Origin: Promethearchaeota archaeon
GTDB taxonomy: Archaea > Asgardarchaeota > Lokiarchaeia > Sigyniarchaeales > SOKP01
Assembly (NCBI GenBank): GCA_048938005.1
Contig: JBHLMQ010000001.1
Coordinates: forward strand, 64,001-128,000
Length of the DNA stretch: 64,000 nt
Direction: 5' to 3'
The position numbers and the translations under genes are program-made. Below are positions 1-10,802 of the stretch, in pieces (within the stretch, counting starts at the first letter, position 1; each line of letters begins with the position of its first letter). Under the pieces are notes generated by a model that made no database searches, was not told where the DNA came from, and saw only the letters and a program-made list of their open reading frames with translations.

Positions 1-696
1 ATGCATACACACGATAATAGGAAGTATATTGCTGCTATCGAAGGTACAGAATTAGCTGAGATTTTTAAAAAGCGAAATATGAAAATAACTGATTTAAATA
101 AAAAATATAAGATTATTAAGAAAGTTGCTTTAGAAACAGATAAATGGAAACCTTATTTAAAGCGAGGTGGAGCAGATCAATACTATCGTCCAATAATGGA
201 AGGATTAGATTGGAATAAGAAATCAATAGAAAACTATGATATTCCGAAAAATGTCCCATTTGAAGAAGACGGGATTGTCATAAGCGGTGTAAGTTCCAGA
301 TTAGCAGCAAGATATATGCCGAGAGGTTGCTTTTGGGATTCTAATAAAGCCATTGGGTTTATAGTTAAAGAAAAAAGTATTTCAATTTTTTATTTTTTAG
401 GAATACTAAATAGTTCCTTATACAATTACTTGGCAAAAGGAATCATAAATAATACAAGCAGTATACAAATAACAGGGATCCATGCATTACCTTTTGTTTT
501 ACCTGATAATGAAACTAAAGAAAGAATAGAAGAGCTTGTTAATAAAATTATTAACTGTAAAATAAAAGATCAAAATTATAATTATATAGCAGAACAAAAA
601 GAGATTGATAATATAATTTTCAATTTTTATAGGAATAGATTTAATTTTTCATTGAGTTTAAAAGATAGATTAGATGAATTCTTTGCTGTTTATTGA
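1..696 (+). CDS. C-terminal part of a type IIG/Eco57I- or PglX-like restriction-modification protein (target-recognition region); probably begins before the window
   Basis: WKPYLKRGG, 'RLAARYMPRGCFWD', 'YFLGILNSSLYNY' and 'IHALP' resemble the C-terminal TRD region of adenine-MTase R-M proteins; no MTase motifs visible in the window. Confidence 0.6.
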   Translation: MHTHDNRKYIAAIEGTELAEIFKKRNMKITDLNKKYKIIKKVALETDKWKPYLKRGGADQYYRPIMEGLDWNKKSIENYDIPKNVPFEEDGIVISGVSSRLAARYMPRGCFWDSNKAIGFIVKEKSISIFYFLGILNSSLYNYLAKGIINNTSSIQITGIHALPFVLPDNETKERIEELVNKIINCKIKDQNYNYIAEQKEIDNIIFNFYRNRFNFSLSLKDRLDEFFAVY

Positions 697-731
697 AATA
701 TTTTTCATTCAGGTTTTTAGATAAAACCAAA

Positions 732-1415
732 TCAATTTATCCCTGTAACATGGGGACAGACTTTTCTACAAGTATTGCATTTCTTCAAAACATAACCTTT
801 CTGATGTTTATAAATGGAGTTTGATCTACATAGTTTTTGATTTACTGTGATTCCATCTAGAGCTTGTTTAGGACAAGAATTTATACAAATTTCACAATCA
901 TGCAAACATCCTTCGTAATCGGCTATTTGATCACCCTCTAAGTCTATATTTACTAAAATAGCTCCGAGTTGAATCATGTTGCCAAACTGATTGTTTATTA
1001 AAAGAGTATTTTTACCCAAGACTCCAAGTCCAGCAAGGTGACCAGCATGTCTTAATGATAATATTGCTCTTCCATATAACCTATCAGGTTCCCAATATTC
1101 ATAAGGGTCATCAGAGGGAATAGGAACAGCTCCAATCCCCAATTTTTCTAAATTTCTTGTTAATTTTACCGTTAGATTATCAACTTCCTGAATAATTAAA
1201 CTGCCAAGATGAGAATATGGAATAAAACTTGAAGCATTAAGAGGCTCATTTGGCACTGTTTTTGCAAAGACAATAACAGATTTACAATCTTCATAAATAT
1301 CTGTAGGATGAAAACCAACTGGAGCATTACTAAATCGATCAATAGGAGCGATCCCACACAAATCAAAACCTAAATCAGTCGCAATTCCTTTTATCAATTT
1401 TGAATTGATCATCAT
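732..1415 (-). CDS. QueG-like/reductive-dehalogenase-like Fe-S protein (epoxyqueuosine reductase family)
   Basis: GFDLCGIAP, LRHAGHLAGLGVLGKNTLL, CxxCxxCxxxCP and CxxCxxVCP motifs. Confidence 0.8.
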   Translation of the reverse strand: MMINSKLIKGIATDLGFDLCGIAPIDRFSNAPVGFHPTDIYEDCKSVIVFAKTVPNEPLNASSFIPYSHLGSLIIQEVDNLTVKLTRNLEKLGIGAVPIPSDDPYEYWEPDRLYGRAILSLRHAGHLAGLGVLGKNTLLINNQFGNMIQLGAILVNIDLEGDQIADYEGCLHDCEICINSCPKQALDGITVNQKLCRSNSIYKHQKGYVLKKCNTCRKVCPHVTGIN

Positions 1416-3229
1416 AATTTTTCTCCTTTAATTTCTTCTTCATATTTCTTTCTTTGATCTTTTAAATATTCTGGTATTGGAACATCCCACCAACCTACAG
1501 CAGGAGATCCAGTGAAAGGGTATTCCCTTTGAACTTCAATTTCTATTACTGCTGGTTTTCCTGATCTGGTAGCTTTATCAAGTGCAGGAAATATCTCGTC
1601 CTTTCTAGAGATTTTTTCAGAATAGCACCCAAATGCTTCACCAATTTTTGCAAAATCAGGAGAATATGTATTTCCATTTTTATCTTGAAAGGCTGTACCA
1701 TAACCTCGATCTTCACCAAAAGCTGCTTGTTGTAAATCCTTAATTGCAATCCAACCGTGATTATTAAGAACAATAAAAAATATATTATCCAATCCGAGTT
1801 GAACCGCTATTGACAATTCAGATATTGTCATCATAAAATCCCCGTCTCCAACTAGTGCAACAACTTGTCTATTTGGTTTTCCAATATCTATTGAACCTAA
1901 TTTAGCTCCAATTGCTGCGGGAATACTATAACCCATTGTTGAAAAACCACCAGCAGTAAGACATGTTTTAGGTTCATAAAACTCTAATTCTTGCAGCATC
2001 TGAGCTTGTACATTTCCAGAGCTAGTTACTATTACAGCATCTCGGTCAAAAAACTTCCTAACCTCCCTTAATACAGTAGATATCATTACTGGGATTTTTG
2101 AATCATCTCGATTTTCATCAAGAAATTTAAACCACTTCTTTTTCTCTTCTTGAATTTCTTTATAGTAACCAGTGGTTTTATAATTTTTTGAATAATCTCC
2201 CAATTCCTCTAAAATCTGATCCAGACAAGCTTTAGCATCCCCAAATATGCCTAATGTAACTGGATAATTCTTTCCAATTTCATGCGGATCGATGTCAATT
2301 TGAATGAGTTTTGTTGGTGGAATTGAAAAACTTACACCATCTTTATATGAACTCGCAGTTTCGTCAGCGAATCTGCAGCCTATTGCAAGAATAATATCAG
2401 CAGTGGAAGTCATTTTTAATCCAACTGTTGTACCTTTTGAGCCAGCTGACCAACAATAAAGTGGATGAGAATTATCAATAATATCTTTCCCCATCATGGT
2501 AACTACTACTGCTGCGCCTATTTTTTCTGCTAATGTTTTTATTTCCTCGCTAGCATTTGAAGAGATTGCTCCTCCACCTATAAATAAAACAGGTCTTTTT
2601 GCATCTTTAACTAATTGTACCGTTTTCTTTATAATCTCAGGATCCCCTCTTATACGCCCAGTTGCTCTTCTTTTGAGTGGATCTGGAATTTCAATTTCGA
2701 TAGAATTCGCTTGTACATCCATTGGGAGATCGATATGAACTGGTCCTCTTCTTCCAGTTAACATAATATTAAAAGCTCTCTGCATTATTGTTGTAAGTTG
2801 TCCTACTGTATCTACTTCAAAACTACGTTTTACTATAGGTTCTAAAATTTTGGGCATAGCAGAATCCTTTTTTCTCTCAATTTCTTGGAGTACACCTTTC
2901 CCTCTCATATGAACATGAGTATCTCCGGTAATTATAAGACAAGGAAAAGAATCAACAAAAGCATCGGCAATACCAATTGCTGTATTGATTGCTCCAGGTC
3001 CAATTGAAGTAAAAACACATAGAGGTTTTCCAGTAACTCTATAATATCCCACTGCAAGATGAACCCCTGCCATCTCTTGTTTAGGTTGAATCAACTGAAT
3101 TTTATCCTTATCTTTGAAGAATGCATCTACAAGCGGAAGATTTCCGTGTCCAGGGATTCCGATAACATATTTTATTCCTTCCTTTATTAAATACTTGGAG
3201 ATTATTTCTCCACCAGTATAGTTAGGCAT
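1412..3229 (-). CDS. Thiamine pyrophosphate-dependent enzyme, acetolactate synthase large subunit/IolD-like family
   Basis: GIPGHGN, TSIGPGAIN, GPVHIDLP and the GDGDF...VLNN TPP-binding motif. Confidence 0.85.
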   Translation of the reverse strand: MPNYTGGEIISKYLIKEGIKYVIGIPGHGNLPLVDAFFKDKDKIQLIQPKQEMAGVHLAVGYYRVTGKPLCVFTSIGPGAINTAIGIADAFVDSFPCLIITGDTHVHMRGKGVLQEIERKKDSAMPKILEPIVKRSFEVDTVGQLTTIMQRAFNIMLTGRRGPVHIDLPMDVQANSIEIEIPDPLKRRATGRIRGDPEIIKKTVQLVKDAKRPVLFIGGGAISSNASEEIKTLAEKIGAAVVVTMMGKDIIDNSHPLYCWSAGSKGTTVGLKMTSTADIILAIGCRFADETASSYKDGVSFSIPPTKLIQIDIDPHEIGKNYPVTLGIFGDAKACLDQILEELGDYSKNYKTTGYYKEIQEEKKKWFKFLDENRDDSKIPVMISTVLREVRKFFDRDAVIVTSSGNVQAQMLQELEFYEPKTCLTAGGFSTMGYSIPAAIGAKLGSIDIGKPNRQVVALVGDGDFMMTISELSIAVQLGLDNIFFIVLNNHGWIAIKDLQQAAFGEDRGYGTAFQDKNGNTYSPDFAKIGEAFGCYSEKISRKDEIFPALDKATRSGKPAVIEIEVQREYPFTGSPAVGWWDVPIPEYLKDQRKKYEEEIKGEKL

Positions 3230-3443
3230 TTTAATTCTTGTTAATTTGTAAGTTTTTATTAAATATAATGTGATAAATCAAAAATAGATTTAAATTTGTG
3301 TATCAATGATATCTTTTAAACGAGAATTTTTAATTAAATAATTAAAGTAATTTTGAAAATTCAATATGCCCCCTTGTTTTATAAAGTAAATTTCAAGAAT
3401 TAATCTTATATACCACATTACGGTATATTATTCAACTTAACTG

Positions 3444-4781
3444 ATGGGTAAAGTGCCTTCTGTTTTAGAAAAGATTCGAGTCCTAGGAGAAAATTCAAAA
3501 TACGATATTTGTGCTAGTACTGCTTCCAATCGTACAGACAAATATCCAAAACTTTTTGGAAATTCAAAAAAATGGATTGGTACTACAGAAAGTGGCGGGA
3601 TTTGCCACAGTTATACCCCTGATGGTCGATGTATGAGTCTATTTAAAACTCTATATACCAACAAATGTATATATAATTGTAAATACTGTTTTTCTCACAG
3701 TTCCAAGCATAAGATGAGCTTTACACCAGAAGAATATGCTCGAACATTTATGAAACTCTATTCCATGAATGTTGTAGAAGGTATATTCATTTCATCAGCA
3801 GTTTGTGGCAGTGCTGATAAAACAACTGAAGAGATGCTCGAGGCAATTCGACTTCTTCGATTTAAATATAATTTCAGAGGATATGTGCATTTTAAGTGTT
3901 TACCAGGAGTAAGTCAATATTTACTTAAAGAGGCTATCTCTTTATCTGATCGCATTTCGATAAACTCAGAAGCTTCCACTAAAGAACACCTTGCCGAAAT
4001 AGCAGAACAGAAAGATTTTGACCATGATATCATAACACGTCAGCGCTGGTTAAAACAAATTCGCATTAGACATAATGATGAAACACTCAAAATCATGAAA
4101 GATTTGAAACAAGACAACCAATTAAATTACCAAGAAAAAATGATTAAAGACCGACGAGATGATGGATATAAAAAATTTCGATGGGATGGTGCTCCAATTC
4201 TAAATAGTGGACAAACCACACAATTTGTAGTGGGTGCTGCTGAAGATGAAAGTGATTATGACCTGCTTAAACGAATCGATTGGGGGTATAAAGAAATTGA
4301 CCTAAGGCGAGCTTATTTTTCTTCATTCATCCCTATCGAAGGGACACCACTAGCAGATAAACAAGCAGCCCCTCTAGCAAGGGAGCATCGATTATATCAA
4401 AGTGATTGGTTATTGCGCATTTATCATTATAAACTAAAAGACGTTGCAGAAATATTAACTGAAGATGGTAATTTACCCAAAGGTGATCCAAAAATTCACT
4501 TAGCAAGAGGTTATTTTAAAGATCGTGGACTAGTGGATCCTAATATAGCATCGTATAGTGAATTAATCCGAGTTCCAGGGATTGGTCCAATTTCTGCTAA
4601 GCGAATTATTAACTTGCGATCACAAAAATTTGTATTTAAACGTCGCCAAGATTTAAAATCTGTTGGTGTTGTGTTAAAAAGGGCTGATCCATACCTCCTA
4701 ATAAACGGGCAAAATCAAACAACGCTTCAGAATTTTATTGATTATGATAATAGTAAAATTTCACAAGGAGATTTTATATGA
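3444..4781 (+). CDS. Putative DNA modification/repair radical SAM protein with C-terminal helix-hairpin-helix (TIGR03916-like)
   Basis: SKYDIC, GICHSYTPDGRCMSLFK, CIYNCKYC (CxxxCxxC), REHRLYQSDWLLR, LIRVPGIGPISA. Confidence 0.9.
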   Translation: MGKVPSVLEKIRVLGENSKYDICASTASNRTDKYPKLFGNSKKWIGTTESGGICHSYTPDGRCMSLFKTLYTNKCIYNCKYCFSHSSKHKMSFTPEEYARTFMKLYSMNVVEGIFISSAVCGSADKTTEEMLEAIRLLRFKYNFRGYVHFKCLPGVSQYLLKEAISLSDRISINSEASTKEHLAEIAEQKDFDHDIITRQRWLKQIRIRHNDETLKIMKDLKQDNQLNYQEKMIKDRRDDGYKKFRWDGAPILNSGQTTQFVVGAAEDESDYDLLKRIDWGYKEIDLRRAYFSSFIPIEGTPLADKQAAPLAREHRLYQSDWLLRIYHYKLKDVAEILTEDGNLPKGDPKIHLARGYFKDRGLVDPNIASYSELIRVPGIGPISAKRIINLRSQKFVFKRRQDLKSVGVVLKRADPYLLINGQNQTTLQNFIDYDNSKISQGDFI

Positions 4782-5440
4782 GAAAGTTAATACCAGAAAA
4801 AGACCCATTAGAAGTGGTTGGATGTGCTAAAGGACATTCACATGAAGAATTGATTCATAAACTACCCCGTCATTGTAATTTCACTTCGGCTCTAATCCAA
4901 AAGATTAAAGAAATTCCAGAAGTCATATTACGAAATTCAGGTACTCAACTCGCTAAGAAAGTCAACCGGATGATGCGAGAAGTGTCCACTGAAGCATATC
5001 GAGCAAAACAATTTACACGAACAAAGATAAATAACAAAGGTGTGCTTTTCGGCGTAGTCTCATTTAAACATAAAATTTTGGACCTCGTTTTGAAGTATTT
5101 TCATGAAAGATGGCCCCAGTGTATAATTTGTTTGCATAATGAACACACTCATAAAACAGGAGTAATAAATGAAAAAGGAATCATTCATGAGACTGATTTG
5201 TCTCTCGAGAAGGCTGTAGAAAAATTTAGTGAAAATCGACCAGTAATACCATATTTTGAAGATATCCAATTTTCTGGAGAAGAGATCTTTGAAACTCTAT
5301 ACAATTCGCAAAATATTCCTGAACGTGAAAATAAGCGTTATTTTAAAAGAATGATTCCTGACAAGTGTTTTGAATTACCTGGAATGAGAGGTGGAGTGGA
5401 AAAGCGTTTTCGAAATAAAAAGATTAATGATTATCTTTAA
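4778..5440 (+). CDS. DUF4130-family (TIGR03915-like) partner of the radical SAM protein
   Basis: Overlaps the upstream stop; EAYRAKQFTR, YFHERWP and YNSQNIPERENKRYFKRMIP match the DUF4130 pattern; known gene pairing. Confidence 0.75.
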   Translation: MRKLIPEKDPLEVVGCAKGHSHEELIHKLPRHCNFTSALIQKIKEIPEVILRNSGTQLAKKVNRMMREVSTEAYRAKQFTRTKINNKGVLFGVVSFKHKILDLVLKYFHERWPQCIICLHNEHTHKTGVINEKGIIHETDLSLEKAVEKFSENRPVIPYFEDIQFSGEEIFETLYNSQNIPERENKRYFKRMIPDKCFELPGMRGGVEKRFRNKKINDYL

Positions 5441-5442
5441 TT

Positions 5443-6219
5443 TCACATTATTTTCGCAAATAATTCTTTTCCGGTTTTATATGCTTTGCTTTCGATAGGT
5501 AAGTTTAAAAGATTTTCCCCCACTAAGTTCATTTTACTGATTTCATCGCTATTATCAATAAAACCAAGAAGCTTAACATGATCATCTTTAATGCTAGTGA
5601 CTTCTTTTTCAAGAATATCTCTAATATTTTCTGGAAATCTATTTCCGAGTATCCAGATATTTTCAAATTTTAAATCAACTTCTTTAGCTACTTCCAAAAT
5701 CCGTTTCATCGTATGGATCCCCATTTTACTCGGATCAGAAACTATTACTAAATCTGTTACCTTTTGACCAGTCTTCCGAGAAAAAAATTCCAACCCCGCG
5801 GGAGCATCAATGAGCACGAAGTCATAGTTTTTCGCTAATATGTCAATTATGCGTTTTAAATAATTATTTATACTGCAATAGCATCCCTCTCCTTCCGCTC
5901 GACCCATTTCCAAAATATCAAAGCGATCCATTTCGATTAAAGAATCAAAAACCTCAGATTCAACGATTTGATCCTTAGATACGTCGAGAGGTATTAATCT
6001 CTTTTGGATTTTCTGTTTAAACTCAGCCATTTTTCCCCCAATAGTTTCTTTAAAATGGATTTCTTTGCCGATAATGTCTCCGATATTTGCGTCGGGATCT
6101 GCATCAATTACGAGGATGTCGAGATCTTTAAATTTTTCAAGAAGATATTTGAGCATTAAGACAAGGAGAGTTGATTTTCCTACACCACCTTTTCCAGAAA
6201 AGGAGATAATTTTTTTCAT
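5443..6219 (-). CDS. cooC: CooC/AcsF-like nickel-insertion ATPase (MinD/ParA family)
   Basis: SGKGGVGKST, IDADPDAN, GEGCYC, DAPAGLEFFSR. Confidence 0.85.
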   Translation of the reverse strand: MKKIISFSGKGGVGKSTLLVLMLKYLLEKFKDLDILVIDADPDANIGDIIGKEIHFKETIGGKMAEFKQKIQKRLIPLDVSKDQIVESEVFDSLIEMDRFDILEMGRAEGEGCYCSINNYLKRIIDILAKNYDFVLIDAPAGLEFFSRKTGQKVTDLVIVSDPSKMGIHTMKRILEVAKEVDLKFENIWILGNRFPENIRDILEKEVTSIKDDHVKLLGFIDNSDEISKMNLVGENLLNLPIESKAYKTGKELFAKIM

Positions 6220-6374
6220 AAGATTCTCCTCATAATTATTGTTTATTCTTCAAGTAAAGATAATTGATTTTATGTTAAAAATTTATTATAAATAATTCAA
6301 AAGACTAGGGAATATTCTAATAGGAAATATAAACTTAAAAGGTGGAGAAATTAATAGTTAATAAATTGTTGTAT

Positions 6375-7184
6375 TTATTGTTCTTGTTTATATACAGGAA
6401 CGATTTTTGAGGTGAATTCTTCCAATGTATATGGAAACTGGTCCTCACTTGATATTTTGCCCAGTTCAAGCATGATTTGCCTTGCCAAGAGCCAAAATGC
6501 TAAACCTAATGCTTTCTTTCCTCGGTTGTTTACGGGAATCGCAAGGTCTATTCCATTAAGAGTATCATCGGTATCAAATAGAGCTACTACTGGAATTCGA
6601 GCTAATTTTGCTTCCCGTAATATTACTTTGTCAGCATGGGGATCAACAATTACTACAACACTCGCATCTTTAATATAGGTATCAATAATAGGATTGGTAA
6701 GTGAACCTGGAATAAATCTTGTAGTTATTGCTCGACATCCTAATACTTCACAGAATTTTTTAACAGGTTCTTTTCCATACCTTCGAACCGAAGTAACGAT
6801 GACTCTATCACTTCCTTCTTCAACGAATTTACTTAAAAATTTAGCTGCAATCTTTAGGCGCTCATCTGTTTGAGTTAAATCAATAACATATAGTCCGTAA
6901 TTAGTTTGTCTATAAATAAACCTTCTAGCATCTCCCGTTAATATTTTTGTTCCAATATGGATGCCACAACTTAAATATAGTTGTTTTCTTTCTTCATCTT
7001 TATCAATTAATTCTTCTTTTGCTTCTATTCCTGCTTCTATATCTTCAGTATCTAATAAATCAAGTTCTTCTTCCAGATCTAAATCTTCTTCAAAATCAAT
7101 CTCAAAATCTTCGCTAAAGTCTTCTCTATCATCAGTTTTTTTTTCTTTTTCTGGTTCTTCAGTTTTCTTTTTCTTTCGAGCCAA
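6375..7184 (-). CDS. rps2: 30S ribosomal protein uS2 with acidic N-terminal extension (TTG start)
   Basis: YLSCGIHIGTK, RFIPGSLTNP, PVNNRGKKALGLAFWLLARQI. Confidence 0.95.
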   Translation of the reverse strand: MARKKKKTEEPEKEKKTDDREDFSEDFEIDFEEDLDLEEELDLLDTEDIEAGIEAKEELIDKDEERKQLYLSCGIHIGTKILTGDARRFIYRQTNYGLYVIDLTQTDERLKIAAKFLSKFVEEGSDRVIVTSVRRYGKEPVKKFCEVLGCRAITTRFIPGSLTNPIIDTYIKDASVVVIVDPHADKVILREAKLARIPVVALFDTDDTLNGIDLAIPVNNRGKKALGLAFWLLARQIMLELGKISSEDQFPYTLEEFTSKIVPVYKQEQ

Positions 7185-7412
7185 ATTAGCAGCCTTATCT
7201 ATTTTTTTCTGACGTCATTTAAATTAAAATATTTTAGAATCCAACGACTAAAGAATATATTATTGAATACATAATAACTTTAATATTTTATTGAGTAGAT
7301 TTTTGTAAAGCATTAAGAACTAAAGTATTAATATACCAAAATAATTTTAATTATTATTATAATTCTTAGAATATAATTAGTAAAGATTGTTTTATCTAAA
7401 GTGGGTTGAACA

Positions 7413-7904
7413 ATGACTTCCTATCGATTAGTAATTGGTATTATTTTTGGAGTCTTACTAAGCTTTTTTTCTGTATTCTTCTTTAATATGACTGATATTC
7501 TTGCGCAAATTGATTTATACGCTGGAGGGGATGTATTAAAAATAGCTGCTTTATTAGTTGGGGCAAATTTTGATTTTGATATGATTTCATTTATTTATCC
7601 TGGACCCCCTTCAGTCTTAGGATTTTTTGCACCAGAGATTTTAGCATGGATCTTTATTGGTTTTATTTCAGGGACAATAGCAAAGGGTTTAAGACGTGGT
7701 GTAATAGTAAGTTCCTTAGTAGTGGTGATAGTTTTATTAATTTGGATAATATTAAGTATTATTTCTGGAGAGGATTTAATGGCTTTATTCCAAGGAACTC
7801 AATTAATTGAAACTTTAGGAGGTATAATTAGCGCTTTTATAGGAGTATTAATAGGAGGATTGGTTGGTGGATTAGTAAGTGGACCTTACGAAGAATTCTA
7901 TTAA
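7413..7904 (+). CDS. Hypothetical four-TM membrane protein
   Basis: Four hydrophobic, Gly-rich helices; SD-like GGGTTGA upstream. Confidence 0.7.
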   Translation: MTSYRLVIGIIFGVLLSFFSVFFFNMTDILAQIDLYAGGDVLKIAALLVGANFDFDMISFIYPGPPSVLGFFAPEILAWIFIGFISGTIAKGLRRGVIVSSLVVVIVLLIWIILSIISGEDLMALFQGTQLIETLGGIISAFIGVLIGGLVGGLVSGPYEEFY

Positions 7905-8044
7905 TATATTTCTAAAAAACCTATTAACATTTATTAACAATTATTTTTATGGGTTTAAGATCCCAGATTACATATTTTGAACAATATTGTATCGAATTTG
8001 TTAATAACTAAAATTTAAAGTTCACTGATTAATTACTAAACCTA

Positions 8045-8581
8045 ATGGTTAATAAAGAAGAAATTTTACCCGATCGGGAATTTGCATTAGATCTATTAAA
8101 AAAATTGAAAATTCCGCTATCAATTAGACGCCATTCAGAAAAAGTCTCAGAAAAAGCTATAGAAATTGCAAAGAAAATAAAAAAAGCTGATGTAAATCTA
8201 AGATTAATTGAAATTGGTGCTCTATTACATGATATTGGGAGAACTAAAACCCATGGTTTTAAACATGCTCTAATAGGAGGTAAAATCTTAAGACAGAGGG
8301 GTTTTTCAGATGGGCTCGCTAGAATCTGTGAGACTCACATTTTAGGGGGCTTAGACAAAGAAGATGCTAAAAAATATGGATTACCTGAAAGAGATTATCT
8401 ACCCATAACTCTTGAAGAAAAAATAATATGTTTAGCGGATAAACATATGGCTGGTACGAGAGAAGTGTCAATTCAAGACAGGTTTAATAGATGGTTTCAA
8501 AAATATGGGAGAAGTAAGATCTTATTAAAATCAAAAAAAAGAATTGAGAAAATTCAAAAAGAAATTGAAGAATTAATGTAA
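8045..8581 (+). CDS. HD-domain (HDIG, TIGR00295-like) metal-dependent phosphohydrolase
   Basis: RRHS, ALLHDIGR, ETHILGG, EEKIICLADK. Confidence 0.9.
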   Translation: MVNKEEILPDREFALDLLKKLKIPLSIRRHSEKVSEKAIEIAKKIKKADVNLRLIEIGALLHDIGRTKTHGFKHALIGGKILRQRGFSDGLARICETHILGGLDKEDAKKYGLPERDYLPITLEEKIICLADKHMAGTREVSIQDRFNRWFQKYGRSKILLKSKKRIEKIQKEIEELM

Positions 8582-8613
8582 CTAATTATCTTAAATATAT
8601 TTTCTTTATTTGA

Positions 8614-9903
8614 TTAACTAACCTCATATACTAACTCTTTATTTTTACATAAAGTTTCATAATCTTTATCTAATGAAAGAATTACTCTTCGAATTATTAT
8701 ATATGCTTTTAATAATACCTTAGGGTCGACCTTTTCAGGAAGGTCAACTTTATTATGAGCATATTTCCCACCTGCTCTTGTAACAATATCAACTGAATCA
8801 TATCCTCTTAAATGAAAAGGAACTGAATCAGTGTGAGCTCCCGTAGATAAATGATATCCTTTGATCTTTACACCCTCATCTATTGCTGCATTTTCTAAGT
8901 ATTTACTAAGTAAAGGCGCAATTTTTTTTCGAGGTAAAACACCATAAGATTTTAAATACTCTACTTGATTTCTACGTTCACCGACACAAGAAATCATATC
9001 TAAATTAATTTGAAATACTCTTCCTTTTATTAATTGGTTCTCATAATTATTCACAAACACTCTAGAACCCATAGTACCTAATTCTTCAGCAGAGAATTGG
9101 CAAAACCAAATATTAAAGTTATCAAGTGCGTTTTTTTTAAAATATTCGCTTAATTCAAATACCACTGCCATTCCAGAAGCATTATCCAATGCTCCGGGTG
9201 ATTTATTGTGGGTATTTAAAAACATTAGAAATACATTTGAAATTGAGATTAATATAGTAAAAGCCCAAATACTAGTTGCTAATATAAGAGGATTTATTTT
9301 TATTAAAGTATAAGTATGAATAAAGAGTAATATAAAAAATCCTCCAAGAAAAATTCCCCCATATAACCAAACTCTATAGAAAAATACCCTCCAATATGTT
9401 TTAAAAGTTTGTGATTTAGAATCTAAATGTGCCGAAATTATAATGTTTCCAGCATTGTCAGTTGGCACGGTTTTTGCTGGCAATTTTACAAACACATTAG
9501 TTGCTGAAATTGTCTTTCCATAATATTCTCCCCAAAATCCAGGATGTTCAGGATGTTTTAGACCTTTCATGATTAAGAAAACAACAATTGTCATTATTCC
9601 TCCTATAAGAATTGTATATAATAAATTAATATATGCAAACATTAAAACAAACAATGAAAAGGTTAAGTTAATGACCATGATTAACTTTATAAGTGTAGTA
9701 GAATAAAAATCTGAAAATTTAAACGTCTCGCTTTGAATTTGCGACCCATCAAATCCAATATCTTTAAAGGTCTTAATTGTTAAATCTACTGCTTTTGCTT
9801 CTCCAATTGTTCCAGCAAGACGTGGAAAACTAAAATTCTTAACATAATTAAATAAATTATCAATATTTAATGAGTAATCTTGAATAGAATTCCCATTTTT
9901 CAA
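8614..9903 (-). CDS. Membrane-embedded M28 family metallopeptidase
   Basis: SAHLDSK, PGALDNASG, AEELGTMGS, NLDM, TDSVPF; internal TM segments. Confidence 0.88.
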   Translation of the reverse strand: MKNGNSIQDYSLNIDNLFNYVKNFSFPRLAGTIGEAKAVDLTIKTFKDIGFDGSQIQSETFKFSDFYSTTLIKLIMVINLTFSLFVLMFAYINLLYTILIGGIMTIVVFLIMKGLKHPEHPGFWGEYYGKTISATNVFVKLPAKTVPTDNAGNIIISAHLDSKSQTFKTYWRVFFYRVWLYGGIFLGGFFILLFIHTYTLIKINPLILATSIWAFTILISISNVFLMFLNTHNKSPGALDNASGMAVVFELSEYFKKNALDNFNIWFCQFSAEELGTMGSRVFVNNYENQLIKGRVFQINLDMISCVGERRNQVEYLKSYGVLPRKKIAPLLSKYLENAAIDEGVKIKGYHLSTGAHTDSVPFHLRGYDSVDIVTRAGGKYAHNKVDLPEKVDPKVLLKAYIIIRRVILSLDKDYETLCKNKELVYEVS

Positions 9904-10001
9904 CTTTTATCAAAAAAAATTTATGAATTCTGATTTAATACTTTCTATTTTTATTATAGTAATGAAAATAAATGTTTTGTTATTTAATTTCATAATTTAC
10001 T

Positions 10002-10601
10002 TTAGAGTTTTAATTTATCAATAATAATTTTTTGTATTTTTTCTTGGACAAGTTCTATTATATCATCAGAGCTGATTACATGATATCCTTCTTGTTTAGC
10101 ACGAGCAAGATAAAGATCTCTTACTTTATCTAAGAAAGAAGTATCTTCAAATTTTTCCAAGTCTTTATCTTCTTTTCTTGCTAATGCTATTCTCGGTTCA
10201 ATATCTAAAATTATTGTTATATCAGGAATACCTACAAATTTATTGATCTCCTTAATCCAATCAACAGAAATCTTATCAGATTGTATCGATTGATATATTA
10301 TTGAGGACTCTAAATAACGATCGGAAATAACAATATAGCCTTCTTGTAATTTTTTTTGGATTTCATTATGGAAATGTAAATCTCTATCAGCAGCAAATAA
10401 TAGAGCATCTGTAGTGGGGGGAATTTCCTTATTTTTTAAAAATTCTCTTAATAATATTCCAATTTTGCTATTTGATGGTTCTTGTGTTAGATGAACATTG
10501 AAACCTTTGCTTTCCAAAAATCCTTTAAGAAGGTGACTGTGAGTAGTAGTCCCCGCCGCATCCCCGCCTTCCAGTACAATAAATAAAGATTTGTGCTTCA
10601 A
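10002..10601 (-). CDS. tmk: Thymidylate kinase
   Basis: FIVLEGGDAAGTTT, LLFAADR, ISDRY. Confidence 0.93.
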   Translation of the reverse strand: MKHKSLFIVLEGGDAAGTTTHSHLLKGFLESKGFNVHLTQEPSNSKIGILLREFLKNKEIPPTTDALLFAADRDLHFHNEIQKKLQEGYIVISDRYLESSIIYQSIQSDKISVDWIKEINKFVGIPDITIILDIEPRIALARKEDKDLEKFEDTSFLDKVRDLYLARAKQEGYHVISSDDIIELVQEKIQKIIIDKLKL

Positions 10602-10802
10602 TTTAATTCTAAAAATTAATTTTAAGTAGGTATATTTTTAATATAGTCAAAGTAAATTAATTATCAATAACAACTTATTTATATTATTTTTAATTCGCTT
10701 GGTTTATTAAAATATTAACAAAATAAAGTATAATCGAATATGTTAAAGACAATTTTTATATTTTACCAGAAAAATTAAAATGATTAAATTATCTTATTTA
10801 AA

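Noticed and set aside
4070-4200. Charged insertion in the radical SAM gene as a possible intein or intron
   Set aside because: In frame, no Cys/Ser...His-Asn intein termini and no BHB structure seen; more likely a lineage-specific loop.
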